Source: a virus
Length of the DNA stretch: 64,000 bases
Reading direction: 5' to 3' (one strand)
Virus record (IMG/VR): IMGVR_UViG_3300023184_000038
Span: 1-64,000 of that record
Under the pieces are notes generated by a model that saw nothing but the letters and a program-made list of their open reading frames with translations, was not told the origin of the DNA and did no database searches. How positions within the stretch are numbered: position 1 is the first letter of the stretch; each line of letters begins with the position of its first letter. Made by a program: the position numbers and the translations under genes. Shown piece after piece: positions 43,701 through 54,847 of the stretch.

Positions 43701-44906
43701 ATGGCCACTCGTAAAGTAAAGAAAATTGAAGTCCACTCTTTAGTAAAAGCACTAAATCCGCGTGATGCTGATACTAAATATCTGGGAGAAGAACCGTTGT
43801 TTGCTGAACAACCAATTAACGAATATCGTAATTCAGCATTAGCCCGGGCGTTGTCTTGGTATAATAGATTTTATAACCGAAAAGATGCCAGAGACATGAT
43901 GGCAACATACTTAGATATGCATGAGCGAACTGCTGATGCCAAGATCCTGCGTAAAGTGGCTGACCAAGAATTTGTATTACCTACATTTGCATGGTTATCC
44001 CGAATGAAATTGCGTGGATTAGAATTGACCGAGCATGAGTCAATGACTATGGAAAACGAAATAACTAGGTTGATTGCAACTGTCAATAAACCGGAAGTTA
44101 AAACACATAGTCAAATTGGTGGTCCTGCAAAACAGACCAAAGAAGAAGTTGAATCCACTAAGAAAAATGTTCAAGAAATAATGCGTGAAAAAGCCCGAGA
44201 GGCTGCAGGTGAATTAGAAGGAATGCTAGATGAATTTCATTTAGCAGGGTCGCCAACTAAACACCTCTATCGCCCAATAGATGAAGTTTCTAAAAAGAAT
44301 GTACTACCTCAGCATATTAGTATGCTTACTGAAGTTTGGAATAAAAAACTAAACGAAATGGAAAACGTTCTATTGGGAAAAGATAGTCAATTGGTTGATG
44401 GATATTCGCATTACAGTAAACATCAACTTAAAAACACTGTAAAATTTATTGAATTAGTATTAAGTGACCTTAACAGTTATATTTCTATTAAGAAAAGTGC
44501 TAAGGCACCTAGGGCTCGTAAAGCAATTCCAGTAGAAAAAATTGTATCTAAACTTAAATATTTAAAAGTATTTAAAGATGCTGCAACCAAACTTGATCTA
44601 ATCAGTATTAGTCCTGTAAAATTACACGGGAGTTCAGAAGCTTGGGTATATGATACTGCAAAACGCAAACTACATCATTTTGTAGCAGATGAGTATTCTA
44701 AAACTTTTACTGTCAAAGGTAATACTTTGCTAGGGTTTGATACCGCACAAAGTGAAGTTAAGACATTACGCAAACCTGCTGAACAACTTAACGAAATTAC
44801 CGGAAGTAAGCCAATTGCTCGTAAATTTTTCAAAGATATTAAAGCAGTTTCTACGGTGCCAAATGGCAGATTTAATTTAAGTATGATTATTTTGAAAGCA
44901 TTTTAA
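43701..44906 (+). CDS. Hypothetical phage protein
   Basis: 401 aa ORF, AGGA SD, C-terminal KTLRKP..NGRFN. Confidence 0.78.
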   Translation: MATRKVKKIEVHSLVKALNPRDADTKYLGEEPLFAEQPINEYRNSALARALSWYNRFYNRKDARDMMATYLDMHERTADAKILRKVADQEFVLPTFAWLSRMKLRGLELTEHESMTMENEITRLIATVNKPEVKTHSQIGGPAKQTKEEVESTKKNVQEIMREKAREAAGELEGMLDEFHLAGSPTKHLYRPIDEVSKKNVLPQHISMLTEVWNKKLNEMENVLLGKDSQLVDGYSHYSKHQLKNTVKFIELVLSDLNSYISIKKSAKAPRARKAIPVEKIVSKLKYLKVFKDAATKLDLISISPVKLHGSSEAWVYDTAKRKLHHFVADEYSKTFTVKGNTLLGFDTAQSEVKTLRKPAEQLNEITGSKPIARKFFKDIKAVSTVPNGRFNLSMIILKAF

Positions 44907-45338
44907 ATGAGTAACATAGATTTAAACAAATATAGCGACTTTGTAGAAGCCGTAACTAGCCAAGCCAGTAATGATTTTACTACATTTATTAGCCGTCTTG
45001 ATTGGATAGACGGAGATTTAGATAACGAAAAGTTTGATCCAAAAATCAATGTTTCATTGTTACTAACAGCAGCACTAGGGATGGCCGCAGAAACCGGCGA
45101 GTTTTGTGAGATACCTAAAAAGGTTTTCTTTCAAGGTAAACCATTAAATGATGAAGCCATATTCCATATGAAGAGAGAACTCGGAGATGTAATATGGTAT
45201 TGGATGAATGCATGTAGGGCACTTGGATTAAATCCCAATGATGTAATTGCTGAAAATGTAAATAAACTTAAATCTAGGTATCCAGGGGGCGCATTTGACG
45301 CACATTACTCAGAACATCGTAAGGATGGCGATATTTAA
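44907..45338 (+). CDS. mazG: MazG-like nucleotide pyrophosphohydrolase
   Basis: GMAAETGEFCE..KRELGDVIWY..NVNKLKSRYP. Confidence 0.85.
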   Translation: MSNIDLNKYSDFVEAVTSQASNDFTTFISRLDWIDGDLDNEKFDPKINVSLLLTAALGMAAETGEFCEIPKKVFFQGKPLNDEAIFHMKRELGDVIWYWMNACRALGLNPNDVIAENVNKLKSRYPGGAFDAHYSEHRKDGDI

Positions 45339-45407
45339 GCTTTTAGATAAATCCTAAGTATCTAATACAGTGTAGTCTGATAAATACATTATATATCAGG
45401 AACACAT

Positions 45408-46205
45408 ATGAGCATAGGCACACTAGCAAACGTACTAAGCACCCCATCCGGTCTAACACTAGATGAATTAAAAGAATCTCTTTTTGCAAATTTGCAGTAT
45501 AGACTTGGTGCCGGAATAATTGATCTAGAATTAGATCCTGAGCATTTACAAGCGGCATATAACTATGCCATAAAAATATATCGTCAGCGGGCGCAAAATG
45601 CAACTGCGGAATCCTACATTTTAATGACAGTAGTTAAGAATGTTGACACTTATACATTACCGCAACAATTTATTAATGTTAGAAGTATTTTTAGAAGGAC
45701 AGTAGGACTTGAAACTGGCCCAGGTTCTAGTTCGTTTGATCCATTTAGCAGTGCAATTTTAAATACATATTTGCTCAATTACAATTATGCAGGTGGAATG
45801 GCAACTTATGATTTATATGCTGGATATGTTGAATTAGCCGCTAGAATGTTTGGCGGATATGTCATATACACATTTGATCCTGTTAGTAAAGTGTTAAGAA
45901 TTGTTCGTGATCCAAAAGGAGATGGTGAAAAAGTTTTGATTTGGGCTGATGTTCAACGAACTGAAGAAATATTATTACAAGACCCGGGCGCCGGTGTATG
46001 GATTGGTGATTTTATACTAGCAATACTCAAGGGTATTATAGGAGAAGCCCGAGAAAAATTTGGAACTATTGCCGGCCCCGGAGGCGGAACAAGTTTGAAT
46101 GGTGCTGCTATGAAAGCAGAAAGTAAAGCTATGCAAGAACAATTAATTGAAGAATTAAAGAAGTATGTAGACTATTCTCAGCCCTTAACTTGGGTCCAAG
46201 GCTAA
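45408..46205 (+). CDS. Neck protein (T4 gp13-like)
   Basis: RLGAGIIDLEL..GEAREKF..GPGGGTSLNG. Confidence 0.8.
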   Translation: MSIGTLANVLSTPSGLTLDELKESLFANLQYRLGAGIIDLELDPEHLQAAYNYAIKIYRQRAQNATAESYILMTVVKNVDTYTLPQQFINVRSIFRRTVGLETGPGSSSFDPFSSAILNTYLLNYNYAGGMATYDLYAGYVELAARMFGGYVIYTFDPVSKVLRIVRDPKGDGEKVLIWADVQRTEEILLQDPGAGVWIGDFILAILKGIIGEAREKFGTIAGPGGGTSLNGAAMKAESKAMQEQLIEELKKYVDYSQPLTWVQG

Positions 46206-46309
46206 TTCTCATTTGGATTAGTGGGTGAGGACTAGAAACAAGGCTTACCTAAATGCTTTATATTGCCTTGTTTCTGTAATATAATAAGTAATTCAGGAGC
46301 ATTTCAAAT

Positions 46310-46942
46310 ATGATTATTGGAATTACGGGATTAATTTCAAGCGGCAAAGACACAATTGCTGACTATCTTACCACTTATCAAGGATTCAAACGAATTAGTT
46401 TTGCTGCTAGTCTTAAAGATTCAGTAGCAGCAATCTTTGATTGGGATCGAGAATCACTAGAAGGTACAACAAAAGCCAGTAGAGTATGGCGTGAGCAAAA
46501 AGACGAGTGGTGGAGTAATCGTTTAAAAATGGATATTACTCCAAGATGGATTCTACAGTACTGGGGCACAGATGTATGTCGTAACCACTTTCATAATGAT
46601 ATTTGGGTAGCAAGTGTTGAACATAGACTATTGAATTCCAAAGAAGATATTGTAATTACAGATTGCAGATTTTCTAATGAAGTTGCTGCTATCAAAAATG
46701 CAGGCGGGATAGCGATTAGAGTGCAACGTGGCTTAAATCCTGAATGGTATGATTCAGCAATAGCATATAATAGAGGTCCAAATGGTAATTCATCTTGGGC
46801 ATTAAGCAAGATGAAATTAGATAATATGAAAATTCATGCTAGTGAATACAGTAGCGTTGGATTAAAATATGACCATGTTATAGAGAATAACGGTACTATA
46901 GATAGTTTACATGAGAAAATAAAAAATTTAATCAACAATTAA
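46310..46942 (+). CDS. Deoxynucleoside monophosphate kinase
   Basis: IIGITGLISSGKDT, SFAASLKD, TPRWILQYWGT, ITDCRFSNE, HASE. Confidence 0.92.
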   Translation: MIIGITGLISSGKDTIADYLTTYQGFKRISFAASLKDSVAAIFDWDRESLEGTTKASRVWREQKDEWWSNRLKMDITPRWILQYWGTDVCRNHFHNDIWVASVEHRLLNSKEDIVITDCRFSNEVAAIKNAGGIAIRVQRGLNPEWYDSAIAYNRGPNGNSSWALSKMKLDNMKIHASEYSSVGLKYDHVIENNGTIDSLHEKIKNLINN

Positions 46943-47278
46943 ATCTCCTCTTTTCCAAGTTACTTCTGTTTTTTTAACTATTTCTACACAATTCAAGCAT
47001 ATAGTTCTAAGATTAGATAACTCAATATTTTCAAGTTTTCCGTCAATATGAAACACAGTTAGTTGAGAAGGATACTTACTATGAAAGCCACATAAATCAC
47101 ATGTGGCTTTTTTTTTGTATCCACTTTTTTGCCAACTAGGCTGTCTTGGTTTCAACTTATTCTTTTTTCTACCACATTCATCACATGTACTTCTGTAATG
47201 TGTAACACCATTGCGTATATAATTTATAGCAGTGTGATTTTTGTTACATTTTTTGCATATTGGACGTTGTAGTAGCAT
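46928..47278 (-). CDS. Zn-binding HNH-like hypothetical protein
   Basis: Four CxxC pairs, VFHIDG..NLRTICLNC. Confidence 0.7.
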   Translation of the reverse strand: MLLQRPICKKCNKNHTAINYIRNGVTHYRSTCDECGRKKNKLKPRQPSWQKSGYKKKATCDLCGFHSKYPSQLTVFHIDGKLENIELSNLRTICLNCVEIVKKTEVTWKRGDLIVD

Positions 47279-47396
47279 ATTATATTTATTACTAAGACCT
47301 TTAAAGGTACGGTTATACCAACTTTTTTAGATTTATGTATAAATAATAGTATGCAAACAGGTTGTAAACCTCATAATCTTACTAAAGGAAAATAAA

Positions 47397-50300
47397 ATGG
47401 CATTAACATCACCCGGCGTAGAAGTCACCATCATTGACCAAAGTCAATATTTACCAGCACCAGGCAGTTCTGTTCCCCTTATCGTATTAGCAACTGCTCA
47501 AAATAAAGCTGATGCATCCGGTACCGGCGTTGCACAAGCAACTACGCTTGCTAATGCTAATAAATTGTATCAAATAACAAGTCAGCGTGATTTAGTTAAT
47601 TTATACGGCACACCATTTTTCTATTCTACTACTGCAGGTACGCCAATTCAAGGATATGAACTTAATGAATATGGATTATTAGCAGCATATTCAACTTTGG
47701 GTGTTACCAATCGTGCTTACATTTTACGCTGTGCCATTGATTTAGCCAGCTTAGTCGGTCAAACAGGTAGACCTACTGCCAACCCAGACGACGGAACCTA
47801 CTGGTTAGATAGCACTACATCAACTTGGGGTATATTTGAATTTAATGCAACAACTGCTAAATTCGTAGAGCAAATTCCAATTGTTATTACTGATGCTACT
47901 GAGTTAACGTCAGGTGCTCCAATTCAAAGTATAGGTAATATCGGAGATTATGCGGTAAATGCAATTCAAATGACAACTAGTCCTTCGTATGTAGAACAGT
48001 ATTTTTATAAATCTCCATCTAATACTTGGGTTGGAGTAGGAAAAGTTGGATGGAGAGAATCATGGCCTACGGTCCAAGGAACAAACTCTCCAAGTTCACT
48101 TACTGCCGGAAACACTTTTACATTAAGTATGAATGGGACTTACACAATTACTGTAACGGTACCGGCATCTGCTAGTAACACCGTTTCAGGTGTGGCGGCT
48201 GCAATTAATGCATTGGGCTATTTTAATTTATCTGCAAGTGTAGCAAGTGGAAAACTTAACATTTATTCTATGCAGAATCGTATATTTTCACAATCTAATG
48301 TGTCTATAACCGTGGCCGCTGCGACTGGTACAGTTTTGACTGACTTGGGAATTACCGCAGGAACATATTATCAACCGGGACTAGTGTGGGGAACTTCATC
48401 TGAAATGCCGTTGTGGGCAGCAGGGCAAACATACCCTCATCCAACCGGATCCCTCTGGTTAAAAGGAAGTTCTTCCGGTAATGGATTAAATCCGGCGGTA
48501 TCTAAATTTAATTCTACTACTGCGTCATGGGTAACTAAAACAGTAACTACCGCTACATCAGATTGGGATACCGCGTATGATATAGATTCAACTGGCGGGC
48601 AAGCAATTCCGGCAGGAAGTGTATATGCACAATACGATTTTAACGATGTATATGCATCTGGGCCTGTGTATTTATGGGAGCGACTTGCTACTGGACCAAC
48701 CGTGGTAACTAGTTCATTAACTTCATATTCATTTGCCGCACAAACGTACACCTTGTATGTTCAAACTAGTGTGCCTGGCTCAAGTGCGTTATCAAGTACT
48801 TATACGGTCACCGTTCCAGTTTCTGCTACTGCTGCTACTTTTGTTACTGCTTGGGCAGCCCAAGCAATATTATACACTCAAGCATCAGTAAATGCGGCAG
48901 GATCTATTGTATTAACTCATACTGAGGGCGGAGAAATTATATTAAATGATTTTAGCACAAGTACTGGAGTTAGTAACGGTGTAATTGCTTTAGCCGGATT
49001 TGCAATAGGCACAAATGATAGTTGCAAATATGGGCCGTCAGCAGTTACCAATTTTAGTGTTGTGCCAACCGGCGGAACCGGATCCGGTATAGGTACTATT
49101 GCAGTAAGATTAGCGTATGCGTCATATCTTATAAACCAAAATACTTTTGGTAATGCTGGTACAGGATACACTGTAGGTGATATTCTTACTGTGGTGGGTG
49201 CAAATTTAGGAGGAGTTACTACTACTAATAATTTAACGGTAAAAGTTACTCAAGTGAGTGGTGCCGGCGCAGTTCAAGGAATTACGTATGCTAGTGGCAC
49301 GGCGGTTAGCACATATACAACACAATTAAGTAATTGGGTAGAATTTACATATGAAACCAATGAAGGTCAACCAAATGTAGCACCTGCTAATAATACTAAT
49401 TGGTTCTATAGCGTTACTGATCAAGTTGATATTATGGTAAATTACAACGGCGCGTGGAAAGGATATAAAAATCAAAACTATGACGCTAATGGATTTCCAA
49501 CCCCAACAGGATCAAATACAACTGACCCGGCGGGTCCATTAGTAAGTGCTACTGCACCTACTTTACAAAGTGATAGCACTGCATTAGTATACGGAGATTT
49601 ATGGATTGACACTTCAGATTTAGAAATGTATCCTGTAATTAAACGTTGGCAATTGGTGGATGGAGTTGCTCAGTGGGTATTAATAGATTCTACTGACCAA
49701 GTATCATCTGACGGTGTATTATTTGCTGATGCTCGTTGGGCATTGAATGGTACCACAAATCCATATAATGATCCTATTCCAACAATCGTATCATTATTAA
49801 CAAGTAATTACTTAGATTTAGATGCTCCAAATGATGCTAATTATCCAGTTGGAATGTTGTTATTCAATACACGCCGCAGCGGATATAATGTAAAACAATT
49901 TAAAGTAGATTATTTTAACAATACTGATTTTGCAGGTGAAACTCTTCCAACAGAAACAGATGCATGGGTAACAGTAAGCGGGTTGCGTTCTGACGGTAGT
50001 CCGTATATGGGTCGTTCTGCTCAACGGGCAATGGTTGTTCAATCATTACGTTCAGCAATAGACACTAATACTGATATACGTGATGAAGATAATTTCTTTA
50101 ACTTAATGGCTACTCCTAATTACCCAGAATTACAACCAAATATGGTTGTATTAAATGCTGACCGAGGCGAAACTGGATATATTTTAGGTGATACTCCATT
50201 GGGATTAGCCGACAGTGCTACTGAGATTCAAGCATGGGCAACAAACGCCGCGGGTGCTACTTCTACCGGAGAAGCAGGTTGTGTTACCCGTAACACATAC

Positions 50301-50951
50301 TTAGGATTGTTCTATCCAAGTGGCATAGCAAATGATTTATCAGGTAATGAAGTTGTAGTTCCAGCATCACATATGATGATGCGTACATTCTTACGTAATG
50401 ATACTAATGCTTATCCTTGGTTAGCGGCAGCAGGCACTCGTAGGGGTACTATTGATAATGCATTAAACATTGGATATTTAAATCGTGATACTGGTGAATT
50501 CCAAACAATTAAAACACGGCTTGGTATTCGTGATGTATTATATATTAATTTTATTAATCCAATGGTATTCTTTACCGGAGTTGGACTATTGAATTATGGT
50601 AATAAGACCTCCTTCAATTCTTCAAGTGCATTAGACAGAACTAACGTTGCTAGATTGGTTGCTTATATTCGTAGACAACTAACATTAGCAGCTAGACCGT
50701 TTGTGTTTGAACCCAATGATGCATTAACAAGACAGCAAATTGCTGGAGTTGTTGAATCATTAATGATAGACTTAGTTGCTAAACGCGGCTTATATGACTA
50801 TCTTGTTGTATGTGATGATTCAAATAATACACCGGCTAGAATTGATAGAAACGAACTTTGGATTGATGTTGCAGTAGAACCAGTTAAAGCTGCTGAATTT
50901 ATATATATCCCGGTTCGTATTCTAAATACCGGAGAATTATCTGGAGCATAA
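47397..50951 (+). CDS. Contractile tail sheath protein (gp18-like)
   Basis: MALTSPGVEV..., C-terminal DRTNVARL..FVFEPND..VCDDSNNTPARIDRNEL..PVKAAEFIYI. Confidence 0.95.
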   Translation: MALTSPGVEVTIIDQSQYLPAPGSSVPLIVLATAQNKADASGTGVAQATTLANANKLYQITSQRDLVNLYGTPFFYSTTAGTPIQGYELNEYGLLAAYSTLGVTNRAYILRCAIDLASLVGQTGRPTANPDDGTYWLDSTTSTWGIFEFNATTAKFVEQIPIVITDATELTSGAPIQSIGNIGDYAVNAIQMTTSPSYVEQYFYKSPSNTWVGVGKVGWRESWPTVQGTNSPSSLTAGNTFTLSMNGTYTITVTVPASASNTVSGVAAAINALGYFNLSASVASGKLNIYSMQNRIFSQSNVSITVAAATGTVLTDLGITAGTYYQPGLVWGTSSEMPLWAAGQTYPHPTGSLWLKGSSSGNGLNPAVSKFNSTTASWVTKTVTTATSDWDTAYDIDSTGGQAIPAGSVYAQYDFNDVYASGPVYLWERLATGPTVVTSSLTSYSFAAQTYTLYVQTSVPGSSALSSTYTVTVPVSATAATFVTAWAAQAILYTQASVNAAGSIVLTHTEGGEIILNDFSTSTGVSNGVIALAGFAIGTNDSCKYGPSAVTNFSVVPTGGTGSGIGTIAVRLAYASYLINQNTFGNAGTGYTVGDILTVVGANLGGVTTTNNLTVKVTQVSGAGAVQGITYASGTAVSTYTTQLSNWVEFTYETNEGQPNVAPANNTNWFYSVTDQVDIMVNYNGAWKGYKNQNYDANGFPTPTGSNTTDPAGPLVSATAPTLQSDSTALVYGDLWIDTSDLEMYPVIKRWQLVDGVAQWVLIDSTDQVSSDGVLFADARWALNGTTNPYNDPIPTIVSLLTSNYLDLDAPNDANYPVGMLLFNTRRSGYNVKQFKVDYFNNTDFAGETLPTETDAWVTVSGLRSDGSPYMGRSAQRAMVVQSLRSAIDTNTDIRDEDNFFNLMATPNYPELQPNMVVLNADRGETGYILGDTPLGLADSATEIQAWATNAAGATSTGEAGCVTRNTYLGLFYPSGIANDLSGNEVVVPASHMMMRTFLRNDTNAYPWLAAAGTRRGTIDNALNIGYLNRDTGEFQTIKTRLGIRDVLYINFINPMVFFTGVGLLNYGNKTSFNSSSALDRTNVARLVAYIRRQLTLAARPFVFEPNDALTRQQIAGVVESLMIDLVAKRGLYDYLVVCDDSNNTPARIDRNELWIDVAVEPVKAAEFIYIPVRILNTGELSGA

Positions 50952-51013
50952 TATAAATGTCCTTTGGGACATTTATATTCTAAGATAAATACTATTAATA
51001 GGAGAAATTAAAA

Positions 51014-51640
51014 ATGGCATCAGCATCATTAACAAACATGTCCGTGGCAGCAGACGGGTCACCAGCAAATCAGGGCTTGTTAATGCCCAAACTGCAATAT
51101 AGATTTAGAGTTATATTCTCAAATTTTGGAGTGGATAAGGCATCAACAGTATTAACACAACAAGTAGTAGATTGCTCACGCCCTACTGTTAGTTTTGGTG
51201 AAATTACATTGCCTATTTATAATTCAACTTTGTATTTGGCTGGTAAAGCAACTTGGTCTGCTATGTCTATTAATCTTAGAGATGATGCAGGAGGTGCAGT
51301 ATCTAAATTAGTAGGGCAACAATTGCAAAAGCAAATGGATTTTATGGAACAAGCCAGTGCTGCAACTGGGCAAGATTATAAATTTCAAACTAATATTCAA
51401 ATATTAGATGGTGGTAACGGTACCGCAGCAGTTGGTATATTAGAAACATGGCAATTGTATGGCTGCTTTTTAGTATCTGCTAATTACAATACTTTAAATT
51501 ATTCAGCAAACGAGGCAGTCACAATAGCGTTATCTATTAGATATGACAACGCTGCTCTTACCCCAGATGATAAAAATGTTGGTGGAACATTTGCTCGTCA
51601 ATTAGGCGGTGCATTGGTAAGTGGTGTAGGCGCCGGCTAA
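51014..51640 (+). CDS. Tail tube protein (gp19-like)
   Basis: Follows sheath, PKLQYRFRV..AGKATW..ETWQLYGCF..IRYDNA. Confidence 0.9.
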   Translation: MASASLTNMSVAADGSPANQGLLMPKLQYRFRVIFSNFGVDKASTVLTQQVVDCSRPTVSFGEITLPIYNSTLYLAGKATWSAMSINLRDDAGGAVSKLVGQQLQKQMDFMEQASAATGQDYKFQTNIQILDGGNGTAAVGILETWQLYGCFLVSANYNTLNYSANEAVTIALSIRYDNAALTPDDKNVGGTFARQLGGALVSGVGAG

Positions 51641-51655
51641 TTAATCGTAAATTAG

Positions 51656-52879
51656 ATGGCTGGATTTTTTCAAGACTTATTAAAAGGTGCGACTGATTCA
51701 ATAGGCAGTCGCACTTTTTTGCGTGATTATACCCATGCTTCTAAAACATTTAGGACCAACGGATATCAGTATGCACCAAAATTAAAATTCTTATTTCATG
51801 TGTATTTTGATATTAATAAATCAGCATATGTTCAAAATGTAAATACCACTGTTAATTTTGGATTGCTAGTAAAATCAGTGAGCCTGCCAAGTTTTACTTT
51901 TGCAACACATGAGTTAAATCAATATAATCGTAAAAGAATTGTTCAAACAAAAATTAAATACGAGCCGGTTTCAATTAAGTTTCACGATGATAATGGAACT
52001 GCTGATGGAAGTGCTGCCGGAGGTATTATACACCAGCTTTGGAAAGCATATTACACTTATTACTACAAAGATGGAACTAAACCCAATGTCATTTTAAGTG
52101 GAAAAAGGGGAGCATCTGCTTTTGCTAACAATGGTCAACCCGCCGGTGCAGCTAGTTATAATCAACGAACAACTTATACTCCGTCAATAACCGGAAACGA
52201 TGATTGGGGTTATATAGGTGAAACTACATCATCAGTAGCACCTAAGCAACCATTTTTTAATAATATTACTATTTTTGGATTTAATCAACATAATTATACA
52301 GCATATACTTTAATTAATCCGCTGCTTACTAAAATGGGACAAGATACATATAGTTATTCAGAGGGTAACGGTACTATGGAAATGTCAATGGATGTTAATT
52401 ATGAAACCGTGGTATATAATGAAGGTGCAATGGATGGAAATGCCCCCGGTAATATTGTTACTGGGTTTGGTGATAACGCTAATTATGACAGAACACTAAG
52501 CCCTATTGCTCGATTGGGTTCTAATAGTAATGTTATGGGAAAAGGCGGATTGATAGAAAGTGCAGGAGGATTTGTTTCAGCACTTAAAGAAGGTAGATTA
52601 CTTGATGCAGCAAAGGTAGCAACCGGAATTTATAATAATGCTAAAAATGGTCAATTGCAAAAGAATATTATTTTAGAAGCACAGGGTGCAATTACTGCTG
52701 CCATCAGCGGTGCTGCAAACCCTTTAAATAATAATCCTTTTAACTTTCCAACAAAGGCTTCATCTCCTAGTGTTATCAATACTAACGGCGTCAGAAATTC
52801 AGGAAGTGCGGGACCGTCAAATGTTGATTCTCCGCCGAATGCAGGACAACAACTTGGCGGGGGCGGCGGCGCACAATAA
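51656..52879 (+). CDS. Tail tube-like/baseplate junction protein
   Basis: KSVSLPSF..NQYNRKR..YEPVSIKFHDD tube-fold motifs. Confidence 0.68.
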   Translation: MAGFFQDLLKGATDSIGSRTFLRDYTHASKTFRTNGYQYAPKLKFLFHVYFDINKSAYVQNVNTTVNFGLLVKSVSLPSFTFATHELNQYNRKRIVQTKIKYEPVSIKFHDDNGTADGSAAGGIIHQLWKAYYTYYYKDGTKPNVILSGKRGASAFANNGQPAGAASYNQRTTYTPSITGNDDWGYIGETTSSVAPKQPFFNNITIFGFNQHNYTAYTLINPLLTKMGQDTYSYSEGNGTMEMSMDVNYETVVYNEGAMDGNAPGNIVTGFGDNANYDRTLSPIARLGSNSNVMGKGGLIESAGGFVSALKEGRLLDAAKVATGIYNNAKNGQLQKNIILEAQGAITAAISGAANPLNNNPFNFPTKASSPSVINTNGVRNSGSAGPSNVDSPPNAGQQLGGGGGAQ

Positions 52880-52880
52880 T

Positions 52881-53243
52881 ATGAGTAAAATTTTTGACGC
52901 TCGCAGCCAAATGGATCAAACAGTTAGAATTTTTGATTCGTTTTATGCCTTCAATGTTAAAGTAAATGCTAGTGAATATGACATTGTAAATGGATATTTT
53001 ACATCAGTGTGCGCTACTAGGAATATTGCAGGAAATTTTACAGCAGTATTATTTAGAATAGCACAAGAAGAAAATATTAGTGTATTAGATTTGTTAGGTT
53101 ACATACAAGGAACCAACAATAATTTAGAAATGAATCAAATTATAGCATATTATTTAAATGGATTAAAATCTAAAACTTCACTATACGGTATAAGCAATAC
53201 TCCAGCACCTAATCAAACTATAGCAAGAAATATAGTTCAGTAA
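52881..53243 (+). CDS. Hypothetical protein
   Basis: ATG immediately after the previous stop. Confidence 0.68.
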   Translation: MSKIFDARSQMDQTVRIFDSFYAFNVKVNASEYDIVNGYFTSVCATRNIAGNFTAVLFRIAQEENISVLDLLGYIQGTNNNLEMNQIIAYYLNGLKSKTSLYGISNTPAPNQTIARNIVQ

Positions 53244-53247
53244 TAAT

Positions 53248-53685
53248 ATGGCATCATATGCTCAGGGTTTATTTACGCCAATTAATAAACAAAAATATAT
53301 AGGAAAGAATATCCCTAAATATCGTAGTGGTTGGGAATTAACATTTATGACGTTTTGTGATTCAAATAAAAACGTATTGTATTGGGCAAGTGAATCTATA
53401 TCAATTCCATACCGACATCCTTTTAAAGGAAAAGTGGTTAATTATATTCCTGATTTTTTTGTAGTATATCAAAATAAATACGGAAAACAAATTGCTGAGA
53501 TGGTTGAAATTAAACCTAAAAAACAAAGTTTAATTGAAAGTAAAGTTGCAAGTGCAAGAGATAAAATAATTGTTGCAATAAATCATGCTAAATGGGCTAG
53601 TGCAGTAGCATATTGCAAGCATCACGGTTACACATTTAGAGTAATAACTGAAAATGAACTTTTCCACAACGGTAGAAACAAGTAA
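53248..53685 (+). CDS. Head completion nuclease (T4 gp4-like, TnsA fold)
   Basis: YRSGWE..WASE..YIPDF..EIKP..AKW..FRVITE. Confidence 0.9.
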   Translation: MASYAQGLFTPINKQKYIGKNIPKYRSGWELTFMTFCDSNKNVLYWASESISIPYRHPFKGKVVNYIPDFFVVYQNKYGKQIAEMVEIKPKKQSLIESKVASARDKIIVAINHAKWASAVAYCKHHGYTFRVITENELFHNGRNK

Positions 53686-53697
53686 CTAAATACTTGT

Positions 53698-54180
53698 ATG
53701 ACAAAAAAATTGCAAGCATTATTTGAGTTACCTGAAGATGAAATACAATCTCTTAGTGTTCCTATTCCAGACGGTGCAGAAGATATAACTATAGATGCGT
53801 TAAATACGTTAGAAAAGATAGACCAATCATTACCGCAGGTACGCGGATTAGATGCAAGTGACACTGAATTAGATGAATTAGCACGAATGGCAGTAGATAG
53901 TTTTAAAGATTTAAGTGATTTGGGTATGCAAGTTGATAGTAGATTTAGTAGTGAAATCTTTAATGTAGCAGGCACGATGTTAGGACATGCAATTACAGCA
54001 AAAACGGCTAAATTAAATAAAAAATTAAAAATGATTGAATTGCAGTTAAAAAAGGCGCATTTAGATCATAAAATTACTTCAAAAGTAGAAGAAGTGGAAT
54101 CAACTCCACTTGGTACTGGACATGCATTGGATCGAAATGAATTATTGAAAATGTTGAGTGGAAAAACAAACAACGAATGA
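53698..54180 (+). CDS. Hypothetical helical protein
   Basis: 160 aa ORF. Confidence 0.7.
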   Translation: MTKKLQALFELPEDEIQSLSVPIPDGAEDITIDALNTLEKIDQSLPQVRGLDASDTELDELARMAVDSFKDLSDLGMQVDSRFSSEIFNVAGTMLGHAITAKTAKLNKKLKMIELQLKKAHLDHKITSKVEEVESTPLGTGHALDRNELLKMLSGKTNNE

Positions 54181-54205
54181 TAAATACACTATACAGGAAT
54201 ACGAA

Positions 54206-54829
54206 ATGAAAAGCCTAAAATATTATATAACCGAAAGTGTAAAGACATATGATTACACTATCAAAATTGCGGGTGACGTTGATAAAAACTTTTTAGACAT
54301 GTTTATATACAATCTAAACAAGTTTGATCCGATTAGAATTAGCGACCCTATTAAGACACCTATTCAAAAAGATCCGTATGGGTTTCCTAATGAAAGCAAT
54401 CAATCAGTAACGATAATTAAAGCAGATTTTAGATATCCAGCCACAGAGCCAATGATACAACAAATTGCTCAATTATTGGGATATAATGTTAATATGGTAA
54501 GAGTAGTGTGTACTTCTTTCAATGATAGTATTAATGGTGAAACCGATGAGTACGCAAATCAAATGAAAAATAGTCCGGTACTTACGCATGAAGAAATGGA
54601 AGATCAATCAGGATCTAGAGAAGCAAGTAAAGCATATGGAGATTCATATTTAAGTTCAATTAAAGACCAAGCAAAAGGTTCAAAAATTGATATACCGTAT
54701 GCAGGTAAAAGGACCCCAGATAGTTTTGATCCATTTAAGCCAAATTTAGATGATAAAAAGTTAGGTAATAAAAGTCCAATGACAAAAATAATTCGTCCTA
54801 AAAACCCAGCGACTGGTGCAAGAGCATAA
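54206..54829 (+). CDS. Hypothetical late protein
   Basis: Late promoter, AGGA SD, MKSLKYYITES start. Confidence 0.72.
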   Translation: MKSLKYYITESVKTYDYTIKIAGDVDKNFLDMFIYNLNKFDPIRISDPIKTPIQKDPYGFPNESNQSVTIIKADFRYPATEPMIQQIAQLLGYNVNMVRVVCTSFNDSINGETDEYANQMKNSPVLTHEEMEDQSGSREASKAYGDSYLSSIKDQAKGSKIDIPYAGKRTPDSFDPFKPNLDDKKLGNKSPMTKIIRPKNPATGARA

Positions 54830-54847
54830 CCCTTAAGGAATATTAAA

